DNA of 64,000 nt from an uncultured Gammaproteobacteria bacterium (GTDB taxonomy: Bacteria; Pseudomonadota; Gammaproteobacteria; Steroidobacterales; JABDLF01). Where the stretch lies: assembly GCA_963759075.1 (NCBI GenBank), contig CAVWXZ010000004.1, positions 5,677 through 69,676 on the forward strand, in the 5' to 3' direction. The position numbers were made by a program, and so were the translations under genes. The notes under the pieces were generated by a model, which ran no database searches, was not told the origin of the DNA, and saw nothing but the letters and a program-made list of their open reading frames with translations. Shown one piece after another: positions 9,545 to 17,571 of this stretch (the first letter of the stretch is position 1; each line of letters starts with the position of its first letter).

Positions 9545-10741
9545 GTGCTCATTTTGACGACGATCTCTTACTCGCTTTTTGCCCTCGGCTTCAGGCCTTT
9601 TTACCTGGCAGGCGCCCTATTCGCGGTGCTGGCGTTGCCCTTGTGGCTTGCCATGTTGTTCGGGTTTGTGCAAATGGGTGGCTATCTCAACGGCATGCCC
9701 TGGCACAGCCATGAAATGGTCTTTGGATTCACCTCGGCGGTGATTGCCGGGTTCCTGCTCACCGCGGTTCGCAACTGGACAAACCTGCCGACACCTCATG
9801 GTCTTGGGCTTGCGGCATTAACTTGCCTGTGGCTGCTGGCGCGCGGGTTGCTGCTGACCGACTTCGCGGTCCCGGCGGTAATCACCGATCTCGCCTTTCT
9901 GCCGGTGCTGGCCGGGGTGATTGCGGTGCCCATCTGGCGCAGCCGCAACCTACGCAACCTCAAGCTTCTGGTGGTCCTGGGCGGCCTGTCAATCGCCAAC
10001 GCACTGTTTCATTTGGCTCAGCTGGGGTTGCTTGCCCCAGTCTGGAGAGGTGCTTCTGTCACCCTGGCATTGGACCTGATCACGATTCTGATGGCCATCA
10101 TCGGCGGTCGTGTCATTCCTGCGTTTACGATTAATGCAGTACCGTCAGCGCGCCCCGTGCGCAGTACCTTCATCGAGGTGACTGCCGTGGGCTCGCTGGT
10201 GGGTATTCTGATGCTGGATGCACTGGCCCCCTGGTTTACCCTCGGCGACGGTGTATGGGTGGCGGCGCTCTTAATCGCTGCGCTGGCCAACATCATCCGA
10301 TGGCTTCTGTGGAAGCCCCATCGCACGCTTGGCAACGCGCTTTTGTGGATGCTGCCTGCCGCGTATGGATGGATTCCGGTCTCTTTGGCCATCAGGGCAT
10401 TTTCCATGCTGGGGGCTGTACCGCCAGTGGCGGCCGTACATGCCCTGACGCTCGGTGCAATCAGCGCCCTGATGATCGCGATGATGATGCGCAGCAGCCT
10501 GGGTCACACCGGCCGTGCATTAAGGGCAGGGGTGGCAGAGGTCAGCGCGTTCCTGCTGGTGCAGTTCGCGGCCGTTGTCCGGGTAGGCGGAATGTTCGTC
10601 GAGCCGGGTCTCTACCGGAGCTCCGTCATGGTATCCGGCGCGCTTTGGTCGCTGGGCTTTGCGGTATTTGTTTTCCATTACGGGCCAATGCTCATACGAC
10701 CGCGGGTTGACGAGCAACCTGGCCGGGTCCGCGCTGCATAA
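9545..10741 (+). CDS. nnrS: NnrS family membrane protein
   Basis: GFRPFYL, WHSHEMVFGF, GFLLTAVRNWT, IGGRVIPAFT, HALTLG, LGHTGR. Confidence 0.93.
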   Translation: MLILTTISYSLFALGFRPFYLAGALFAVLALPLWLAMLFGFVQMGGYLNGMPWHSHEMVFGFTSAVIAGFLLTAVRNWTNLPTPHGLGLAALTCLWLLARGLLLTDFAVPAVITDLAFLPVLAGVIAVPIWRSRNLRNLKLLVVLGGLSIANALFHLAQLGLLAPVWRGASVTLALDLITILMAIIGGRVIPAFTINAVPSARPVRSTFIEVTAVGSLVGILMLDALAPWFTLGDGVWVAALLIAALANIIRWLLWKPHRTLGNALLWMLPAAYGWIPVSLAIRAFSMLGAVPPVAAVHALTLGAISALMIAMMMRSSLGHTGRALRAGVAEVSAFLLVQFAAVVRVGGMFVEPGLYRSSVMVSGALWSLGFAVFVFHYGPMLIRPRVDEQPGRVRAA

Positions 10742-10855
10742 GAAAAAAGGAGACAGATTGATTTCGGGTGCGCGATAAGGGCAAAAGGAGCCGGACCCGT
10801 ATTTGCCTGGCGGCGTCCCGGAAAAAAGCCGGCCCGTTTTGCTGCAGAGGAGCGC

Positions 10856-11251
10856 TCAGGCCAGATGTTCTGCTACGTAATCGCGTTCGTAGGTTGTGAT
10901 TTCATGGGGATTGTCCCAGGGATCGCTGAAGTACATTGAATAGGCCAGCTTGTGATCCGTCACCCTGAGGTCGAGGCCGTGCTTTTGCAGATGAACCTTC
11001 CAGGCCAGAAACTGCTCGCCGCTGGCGCCAAAGGCGATGGACGACTTGCCTGAGTGTGCAGGCCTTTCAAAAAGCGCGAGATGAATTGTCTTATCCTCGT
11101 TCTCTATTGTGAGCGGTCCATTGTTGACCGCCCAGCTCATCAGCGCCTCAACGCGCGTGAACCCCAGTATTTCTGCATACCATTTCTCGGCATCTTCCCA
11201 GTTATCCACGTAAACATGGGCATGGTCGATATTGGATAGTTTTGGTTTCAC
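10856..11251 (-). CDS. VOC/glyoxalase family protein
   Basis: IDHAHVYV..WY..ILGF and SMYFSDPWDNPHEIT; start set at GTG 11251. Confidence 0.85.
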   Translation of the reverse strand: MKPKLSNIDHAHVYVDNWEDAEKWYAEILGFTRVEALMSWAVNNGPLTIENEDKTIHLALFERPAHSGKSSIAFGASGEQFLAWKVHLQKHGLDLRVTDHKLAYSMYFSDPWDNPHEITTYERDYVAEHLA

Positions 11252-11412
11252 GGTTGTTCTTCTTCGATCTTGGTTGAGGGGCAGGTTAATGAACCCGTTA
11301 TCAATCAAAGCTTCGTGAGCCGAGCGGTAGCCCGGCCCAACGGCATCGCCACCATATCGGCCAGCTGCTTGTCTTCGTTGCACGGAACAGGCCGATGAAT
11401 GTAGATTATAGG

Positions 11413-12720
11413 TCAAAGTTCAACGGCACGGCGCTCGCAATAGACGAGGGCAGTGACTGCAAGCAGGCCGGCAACAGAGACGCCCGCCAGGAACAGGAAG
11501 AAATGCTGATGACCTGCCAGCCCCGGCGCGGCATCCAGAATCCGTCCGGTGACTGCGCCGAAGAACACATCAGGTGTATAGCCGATGAACGCGATAAACC
11601 CGACCGTGGCGCCGGTCAGATGCTTCGGTACCCGGGTTTCCTCCAGCAATGCGTAATACAAACCACGGAATGCATAAACGGCCAGGAAGCTCACCAACAG
11701 GTTGGCGAAGATTAACGTGGTCCAGCCGGGCGCTGGCGCAGCAATGCCCAGCATGCCGTACAGGCCGATAAGCAGCGCAAAGCACAGGCCTGTTATTTTT
11801 CCCGCCCCGTAGCGATCAGCGATGATGCCGGCTGCGATGCAGCCGACGGGACGCAGGTAGCTCGCATACGCGCTGAAGTTAGCCGCCTCGATCTCGTTCA
11901 TGCCGAGTACCTGGAACGCATACAGGGAGTAGTTATCGAGGCCTTTATAACAACAGTAGGCGCACACGATGATCAGCGCGTGCAGCCAGGCCACGGGTCT
12001 GCGCATCACTTCCAGCATGCCGGCAAGCGGGCTGGATCGTTCGGGCGAGGCGGTCGGTGCTATGGCCGGCACGAACAGCCAGACCAGGGCTGCGGCGAAA
12101 AGCGTCGCCACCGAATAAAACAGGATAACGCTCCGGAACCCCGCCAGACGTTGCTGACCGGTCGTAAGCTGCACGTCTGCCGGCAGGTACACTTGCAACA
12201 GGAGCACGGCGACCACTGCCATGACCGAGGCGATCAGTCCCCGGCCACCGTCCAGGAGGCCAAAGGCGAGCCCCTGAGAGGTGTCGCCTCCCCATTCACG
12301 GGTCGCACGGATCATTGCCGCCCAGAACAGGAATATGGTCGACACACCCCAGCACGCATAGACAACTGCGGTACCCGTGAACTGAGGGATGGTGGCCAGA
12401 TACAGTCCACCCGCGGCCGTGGCAACAAGCGAAACCACCATGAGACCGCGGGCAGAGAAGCGGTCTGCCAGAGGGCCGCCGAGATAGTAAGAAGCCATTG
12501 CAGCGACGCCATAGAAGGCGAATACGTCACCCAGCTCAGTATTGGTGAAGCCGAAAACATCCAGAAAAGTGGGTCGAAAGAAACGGGTGGTATGGAACGG
12601 GAGGCCAAAGATCATCTCGCCGGCGAACACCAGGGCGAAAATAAACAGAAAGCTGGAAAGTCGGGAATGACGCAAACGATTGCCCCGGGTTAAGTTGTGC
12701 GGGGGCCAATTATTACTCAT
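11413..12720 (-). CDS. MFS transporter
   Basis: ~12 hydrophobic segments, GPLADRFSAR and GIIADRYG motif-A repeats; start uncertain. Confidence 0.88.
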   Translation of the reverse strand: MSNNWPPHNLTRGNRLRHSRLSSFLFIFALVFAGEMIFGLPFHTTRFFRPTFLDVFGFTNTELGDVFAFYGVAAMASYYLGGPLADRFSARGLMVVSLVATAAGGLYLATIPQFTGTAVVYACWGVSTIFLFWAAMIRATREWGGDTSQGLAFGLLDGGRGLIASVMAVVAVLLLQVYLPADVQLTTGQQRLAGFRSVILFYSVATLFAAALVWLFVPAIAPTASPERSSPLAGMLEVMRRPVAWLHALIIVCAYCCYKGLDNYSLYAFQVLGMNEIEAANFSAYASYLRPVGCIAAGIIADRYGAGKITGLCFALLIGLYGMLGIAAPAPGWTTLIFANLLVSFLAVYAFRGLYYALLEETRVPKHLTGATVGFIAFIGYTPDVFFGAVTGRILDAAPGLAGHQHFFLFLAGVSVAGLLAVTALVYCERRAVEL

Positions 12721-12819
12721 ATGGACAGGGCGGGCTGCCGTCAGCGTGTTGCCCACTTTGGTCAGGGCTTGTGGCACAGTATCGGCCTGCGTCCAAAACG
12801 AACAGGGGAGGAGGCACTG

Positions 12820-14007
12820 ATGAACCCGGCAACTCGACACATGGTTCTGTTCGCCGCCATCCTGCTGGTGTGCACCGGCTGCGCCTCCGTGCCTGGCGAG
12901 CCGGGGCCGGGGGGAGAGACTGCAAGCCTGCATACCGCGGTCGGTCAGGAATCTCTCGGTACCGCGCGCCAGACCATGCAGACGGCGCTGGCAGAAAGCG
13001 GTGCACCCGCACTAGTGGTTTCGGTTTGGCAAGGCGACGCCATCGTGTGGTCCGAGGCTTTTGGCATGGCCGACCTCGAGCACCAGGTGCCCGCGACACG
13101 TGCCTCGAAGTTTCGGCTCGGCAGCGTATCGAAGGTCCTGACGGCAATCCTCGCGGCCAGGCTGGCGGACGCTGGTGAGGTGGATCTGGACGCAGACATC
13201 AGGCAGGCGCTCCCCGCGTTCCCGGACAAGGGTGCGCCGATCACGCTGCGCCAGTTACTCGGGCACCTTGCGGGTATACGGCATTACCAGCGCAAGGATT
13301 TTGACTTCTCGGTGCCCGGTGGAATGATCGATACGCGACCGTATGCAAGCGACCAGGAGATCTATTCCCTGTTCTTTGACGACCCGCTCGTTTCCAGGCC
13401 CGGTGCTGCGTTCAATTATTCAACCTTTGGCTATACGCTGGTCGGCGCAGTGCTTGAGGCGACGACCGGGCGCAGCTTTTACGACTTGCTCGACACCTAT
13501 GTACTGGCGCCGGCTGGCGCGAGCGAAACGGTGATTGACGACAGGTTCGCGATCATCCCGGACCGGGTCGATTTCTACGATCCGACCAGCGACTACGAGG
13601 GCTATTTGTCACGCCAGCTCGGGCCGGTGGTCAATGCCTGGCCACTGAACAGCGCCTATAAGCGCCCCGGGGGCGGGCTGATCGGCACCGCTGACGACAT
13701 GGTGCGGATCGCTGCGCTGCTCTTCGAACCTGGCTTCCTTTCGCAGGCTATGTATACGCAGATGTTTACGTCACAGACGGACGCCTCCGGTAAGCTCACC
13801 GGGACAGGGCTTGGCTGGCGGGTGGGTAAAGATGCGCAGGGCCGAACGATCTACCAACACCGCGGGACGCAGCAAGGCAATCGATCTTTCGTAATTATTT
13901 TTCCTGACGAACACATGGCTGTGGCGATACTCTCGAACCTCAGGGCCCGCCCGGCCAATATCGAGAAGGTTGCCGGGCAGATCGCTGGGGTATTCCGCCA
14001 GAACTGA
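12820..14007 (+). CDS. Serine hydrolase, beta-lactamase/class C-like family, probable lipoprotein
   Basis: FRLGSVSK (SxxK), LLGHLAG, FNYST, HRG; lipobox-like VCTGC; GGAGGAGG RBS. Confidence 0.9.
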   Translation: MNPATRHMVLFAAILLVCTGCASVPGEPGPGGETASLHTAVGQESLGTARQTMQTALAESGAPALVVSVWQGDAIVWSEAFGMADLEHQVPATRASKFRLGSVSKVLTAILAARLADAGEVDLDADIRQALPAFPDKGAPITLRQLLGHLAGIRHYQRKDFDFSVPGGMIDTRPYASDQEIYSLFFDDPLVSRPGAAFNYSTFGYTLVGAVLEATTGRSFYDLLDTYVLAPAGASETVIDDRFAIIPDRVDFYDPTSDYEGYLSRQLGPVVNAWPLNSAYKRPGGGLIGTADDMVRIAALLFEPGFLSQAMYTQMFTSQTDASGKLTGTGLGWRVGKDAQGRTIYQHRGTQQGNRSFVIIFPDEHMAVAILSNLRARPANIEKVAGQIAGVFRQN

Positions 14008-14096
14008 TGCGCGCTTAGACGAGAGGGACGCAGGGCGGAGCACATCACTACTCACATTCAAACAGTCCGCGAGTCACTGCATAACTGATACCATGG

Positions 14097-14133
14097 AATC
14101 GTTGGATATCCCGTAATTCGCCAACGTAATTCG
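14097..14133. repeat. Degenerate solo repeat arm with duplicated junction
   Basis: AATCGTTGGATATCCC followed by CGTAATTCG twice; resembles the arm at 15094-15127. Confidence 0.5.
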
Positions 14134-14159
14134 GAACTCATTCTGCCGCACACATACCG

Positions 14160-14957
14160 ATGTCTGAAAACGCACATCTGCCGAGCGACTCCTTTTCTGA
14201 AAAACTGATTGCCTGGTGCATGATCACGCTCGCCGTTGGCATCGGCGGTGTATCGCTGGTCGCCTTTGGCATCTTTGTGTTGGCTGGTTCGCCTCGCCTG
14301 GTCGAGCTGAATCTGAGCCTGTGGGGCGGCTTGGCTATGAACACGGGCCTGTCATTGCTGTTCTTTGTGCAACACAGCGGCATGACCAGGCGTTCGTTCA
14401 AACAGTGGATGGCGCGCTTCGTTCCCAGGCACTACACAGGCGCTGTCTACGCGATTGCCTCGGGCGTAACCCTCCTGGCTGTCGTCCTCCTCTGGCAGGA
14501 ATCACAATACGTCATCGCGGCTGCATCAGGCTACCTGTGGTGGCTTGCACGAGTGGCGTTCTTTCTCGCCGTGTGCGGCCTTGCCTGGGGTGCTGTGTCA
14601 TTGAAGGGTTTTGATACTCTGGGCCTTACACCAATCCTTCGCCGAAACCGGGCCGGCAGCGCATCATCACCAGCTCTTGCGGTTCGTGGGCCGTATCGAT
14701 GGGTTCGCCATCCACTGTACTTCTTTGTGCTGGTGATGATCTGGTCGCAGCCGTATCTCACTGTCGACCGTTTGCTGTTTAACGCACTGTGGAGCCTGTG
14801 GATTGTCTTTGGCGCCGTGCTGGAGGAGCGCGATCTGGTCGCCGAGTTTGGCGACGGCTATCGTGTCTACCAAAGCAAGGTCCCGATGTTGATACCCCGC
14901 CGGCTCGTGGGGTGGATTGGCCCCAACGAGGACAGCTCAGGCGCGGGAACTCGGTAG
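14160..14957 (+). CDS. MddA/nurim-like membrane methyltransferase (ICMT/PEMT superfamily)
   Basis: FFVQHSGMTRRSFK, GPYRWVRHPLY, LEERDLVAEFG..YR.Y. Confidence 0.75.
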   Translation: MSENAHLPSDSFSEKLIAWCMITLAVGIGGVSLVAFGIFVLAGSPRLVELNLSLWGGLAMNTGLSLLFFVQHSGMTRRSFKQWMARFVPRHYTGAVYAIASGVTLLAVVLLWQESQYVIAAASGYLWWLARVAFFLAVCGLAWGAVSLKGFDTLGLTPILRRNRAGSASSPALAVRGPYRWVRHPLYFFVLVMIWSQPYLTVDRLLFNALWSLWIVFGAVLEERDLVAEFGDGYRVYQSKVPMLIPRRLVGWIGPNEDSSGAGTR

Positions 14958-14978
14958 GCGTCAATTCGGTGGCAATTC

Positions 14979-15066
14979 GGGACATCCACCTTGCTTTAAA
15001 AAAACCAGCTCAAGCTAAGCATTTGATAAATAAATGAATTGGGCGCCGGCAATGGGTGGGTGTCCT
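14979..15066. repeat. 88-bp palindrome-ended element with central IHF consensus (left copy)
   Basis: GGGACATCCACC...GGTGGGTGTCCT; TAAGCATTTGATA (15016-15028) is the reverse complement of WATCAANNNNTTR; 65/88 ungapped identity (hand count) to 16728-16815. Confidence 0.8.
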
Positions 15067-15093
15067 CATTCCTGACTTTATCCCGGCGACGAG

Positions 15094-15127
15094 AATGGGT
15101 GGATGTCCCCAAGCTCGCCCAAGCTCG
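15094..15127. repeat. Extra right-type arm with duplicated junction
   Basis: AATGGGTGGATGTCCC (exact inverse of GGGACATCCACC) followed by CCCAAGCTCG twice. Confidence 0.7.
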
Positions 15128-15178
15128 GATGAGTGCCCTCAAACCCGTCAATCTTGCCGCCGAAAAAGACATATTTCT

Positions 15179-15207
15179 TTGCGTTTTCATGGTGTTAGAC
15201 GTATACT
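15179..15207 (+). promoter_or_regulatory. Sigma70 promoter of the DUF222-HNH gene
   Basis: TTGCGT-N17-TATACT; AAGGAGGAG RBS and ATG 15247 downstream. Confidence 0.7.
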
Positions 15208-15223
15208 GTATATATGTACAGAT
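15204..15223. promoter_or_regulatory. LexA (SOS) box
   Basis: TACTGTATATATGTACAGAT = CTGT-N8-ACAG with AT-alternating spacer; overlaps the -10 element. Confidence 0.85.
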
Positions 15224-15246
15224 GGTCTTTTGACAAGGAGGAGTCC

Positions 15247-16669
15247 ATGTCACACGCAGCAGAATTAGGCGCCAGGATCACGGAGCTTTGCAGCCAGATT
15301 TACGCGGCCGAGCATCGCCTCATGGAGCTCATCCGGGAGTTCGACGAGCACGAGTACTGGGCCGAGTTGGGCCTTGCTTCCTGCGCCCATTGGCTCAATT
15401 TTAAATGCGGCATCGGCATGAACGCGGCGCGCGAGAAGGTGCGGGTGGCGAACGCACTCAAGAGCCTGCCCAAAATCAGCGAGCGCTTCGCCAGGGGTGC
15501 GCTGAGCTATTCCAAGGTCCGGGCCATGACCCGCATCGCCGATGAGACCAACGAAGATTCTCTCCTGATGATCGCCGAGCATGGCACGGCCCATCATGTG
15601 GAAAAGCTGGTGTCGCAATGCCGCAAGGTGAAACGCTTACAGGAAGCGGAGATTGCCGGTACGGCGTATCGCGATCGCGAGCTCACGCACTACTACGACC
15701 ACGACGGGTATCTGGTGATCAAGGCGCGGCTGCCAGCCGAGCAGGGGGCCATGGTGGTGAAGGCGCTCGAGATGGCGATGGATCGGGACTTTCGTGAAGA
15801 GGGGCCAAAAAGGTGTCTGAATTCAATTCGTGGGCCAAAAAGGTGTCTGAATTCAATTCAGACACCTTTTTGCGGGGGTCAGAATTCAATTCAGACCCCT
15901 GATCATGACGTTACCGCGGTAACGCCAGACCGGGAACCGGAGCGAGCGCCCATCGCGGCCCGGCGCGCTGATGCTCTGGCAGCTGTGGCCGAGACTTACA
16001 TGAACAACAGCGAGTCTTCAGGCTCCACGGCGGATCGCTATCAGGTGGTGGTGCACGTTTCAGAGGGGCCGCTCAAACAAGGCCGGGGTCAGAATTCAAT
16101 GCTGACCCATGATCGCGACGTTACCGCGGTAACGTCTCATCTGGAGGACGGCCCCCACGTTACCGCGGAAACATCTCGCCGGATTTGCTGCGACAGCTCG
16201 ATTGTCGCACATTCTTAAAAAAGAGAACGGCGAGCCGCTGTCCATCGGGCGACGATCCCGGACCATTCCGCCGCCCATGCGGCGGGCCTTACAGGCCAGG
16301 GACGGCGGCTGCCGCTTTCCGGGCTGCACGCATACTCGCTTCGTGGACGGTCACCACATCAAACACTGGGCCGACGGCGGTGAGACCAGCCTGGATAACC
16401 TGATTTTGCTCTGCCGATACCACCATCACCTGGTGCACGAGGGGGGTTTCGACTGTGAGAAGAGGGCAGGTGGCGAGGTGATATTCAAAGACAGGTCGGC
16501 TGACAGGTTGCCCGGGTATTGGGCGCTGCCAGGGGTAGCAACCGCAGACCTCGAACGTTGGCTTGACAAGGAGTTCTTCGAGCCGGGTATTCAGCCTGAC
16601 GCGTGCGTCACGAAATGGCGCGGTGAGCGGATGGACTACCAGATGGCGGTGAGTGGGCTGATGACTTGA
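15247..16669 (+). CDS. DUF222 domain HNH endonuclease (13E12-like), split by one +1 frameshift near 16200
   Basis: N-terminal SCAHWL..AAREKVRVA..LSYSKVRAMTR; C-terminal RDGGCRFPGC..DGHHIKHWADGGET..NLILLCRYHH..VH. Confidence 0.88.
15802..15899. repeat. In-frame REP-like palindrome cluster inside the DUF222 gene
   Basis: 28-bp exact repeat at 15802-15829 and 15832-15859; perfect 18-bp-arm hairpin 15836-15872; GGGGTCAGAATTCAATTCAGACCCC at 15875-15899. Confidence 0.85.
16085..16136. repeat. Second copy of the 50-bp intragenic palindrome module
   Basis: 45/50 identical to 15875-15924; contains perfect 20-bp palindrome GACGTTACCGCGGTAACGTC (16117-16136). Confidence 0.85.
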
Positions 16670-16727
16670 AACGGATTCTTTTAACGAGGACCTGGGCGGC
16701 CAGAACGGGCAATTTGGGAGGCAAATT

Positions 16728-16815
16728 GGGACATCCACCTTCATCTGGCAAAGTCAGAGCAAGCTAAGCGTTTGATACATAAAGAAAATAAACGTCGACA
16801 ATTTGTGGGTATCCT
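16728..16815. repeat. 88-bp palindrome-ended element with central IHF consensus (right copy)
   Basis: GGGACATCCACC...TGTGGGTATCCT; TAAGCGTTTGATA at 16765-16777 plus adjacent A-tract; preceded by duplicated GGCAAWTTGGGA. Confidence 0.8.
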
Positions 16816-16917
16816 GCAATCACGGTTTTTGATTTACTGTGTCCTCTGCTTCGCAGTCAGTTCGGCTGCTCTGACAAGATTAATGATTAGAAACTGAAGA
16901 CACTGGGGGAGACGACG

Positions 16918-17556
16918 ATGACGCAACATGGTATTTCAGGCGCCAGAGCAATTGCTGGCATTGCTGCATTGATTATGACCGCCGGACTCCTGGGCGGCTG
17001 TGGAACAACCTCTGGCCTGCAAGCGGCCGACGCTGCGGCCGAAGAACGCATCGACCTGTCATCCTATAGCTCTGCCGTCATCAGTGATTTCGCTGATGCG
17101 GCTACGGCGGGCAAGAAGTTCAAGAGTGGCGAAAAGGGTGCAGAGAAAAAAGCTGAGTATCAGGCTGACGTGCAGGCCGCCAGTGTCACTTTCTCAGAGT
17201 ACCTTCAGGCTGAGCTGAACAAGTTGAATGTGTTCGACAACGTACGGCGCGGCGATGATGCTGCGGAGGGCGAGTTGCTTATCGGCGGCGAGATAACGCG
17301 GTTTGAGCGTGGTAACGCGGCCGCGAAATTTCTCATTGGCCTGGGTGCCGGCAGCACGTACTTCGACGCTATCGTGGTCATCAAAGATGGAATGTCAGGA
17401 GAAGAGCTCGGGCAGATTGTCGTTGACAAAAACAGCTGGGTGCTTGGCGGCGCGATCTCTGCCTCACAGAATGTTGAGGGATTCATGCGCGGTGGCGCAG
17501 AGAAAACGGCAAAAGAACTCTACATGGCACGCTTCGGCAAGGAGCCAGAAAAATAG
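16918..17556 (+). CDS. DUF4410-like lipoprotein
   Basis: Lipobox LLGGC; G.IT.F..GNAAAKFLIGLGAG pattern. Confidence 0.72.
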   Translation: MTQHGISGARAIAGIAALIMTAGLLGGCGTTSGLQAADAAAEERIDLSSYSSAVISDFADAATAGKKFKSGEKGAEKKAEYQADVQAASVTFSEYLQAELNKLNVFDNVRRGDDAAEGELLIGGEITRFERGNAAAKFLIGLGAGSTYFDAIVVIKDGMSGEELGQIVVDKNSWVLGGAISASQNVEGFMRGGAEKTAKELYMARFGKEPEK

Positions 17557-17571
17557 GAAAGTGACCTGGCT

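Noticed and set aside
14025-14112. Third full 88-bp element (GGGAC...TATCCC at the same spacing)
   Set aside because: The interior has no similarity and no IHF motif; only the right arm is credible, so the length match may be chance.
15802-16175. CRISPR array
   Set aside because: Only 2-3 irregularly spaced palindromes inside an ORF, no unique spacers of regular length and no cas genes.
16200-16225. Programmed -1 frameshift at AAAAAAG joining DUF222 and HNH
   Set aside because: The two ORFs are related by a +1 shift and the upstream stop codon overlaps the start of the A-run; with many indels elsewhere in the contig, error or mutation is more likely.
14979-16815. Integron attC cassette array or classical IS
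   Set aside because: No RYYYAAC/GTTRRRY core sites, integron integrase or DDE/HUH transposase recognised in the window.
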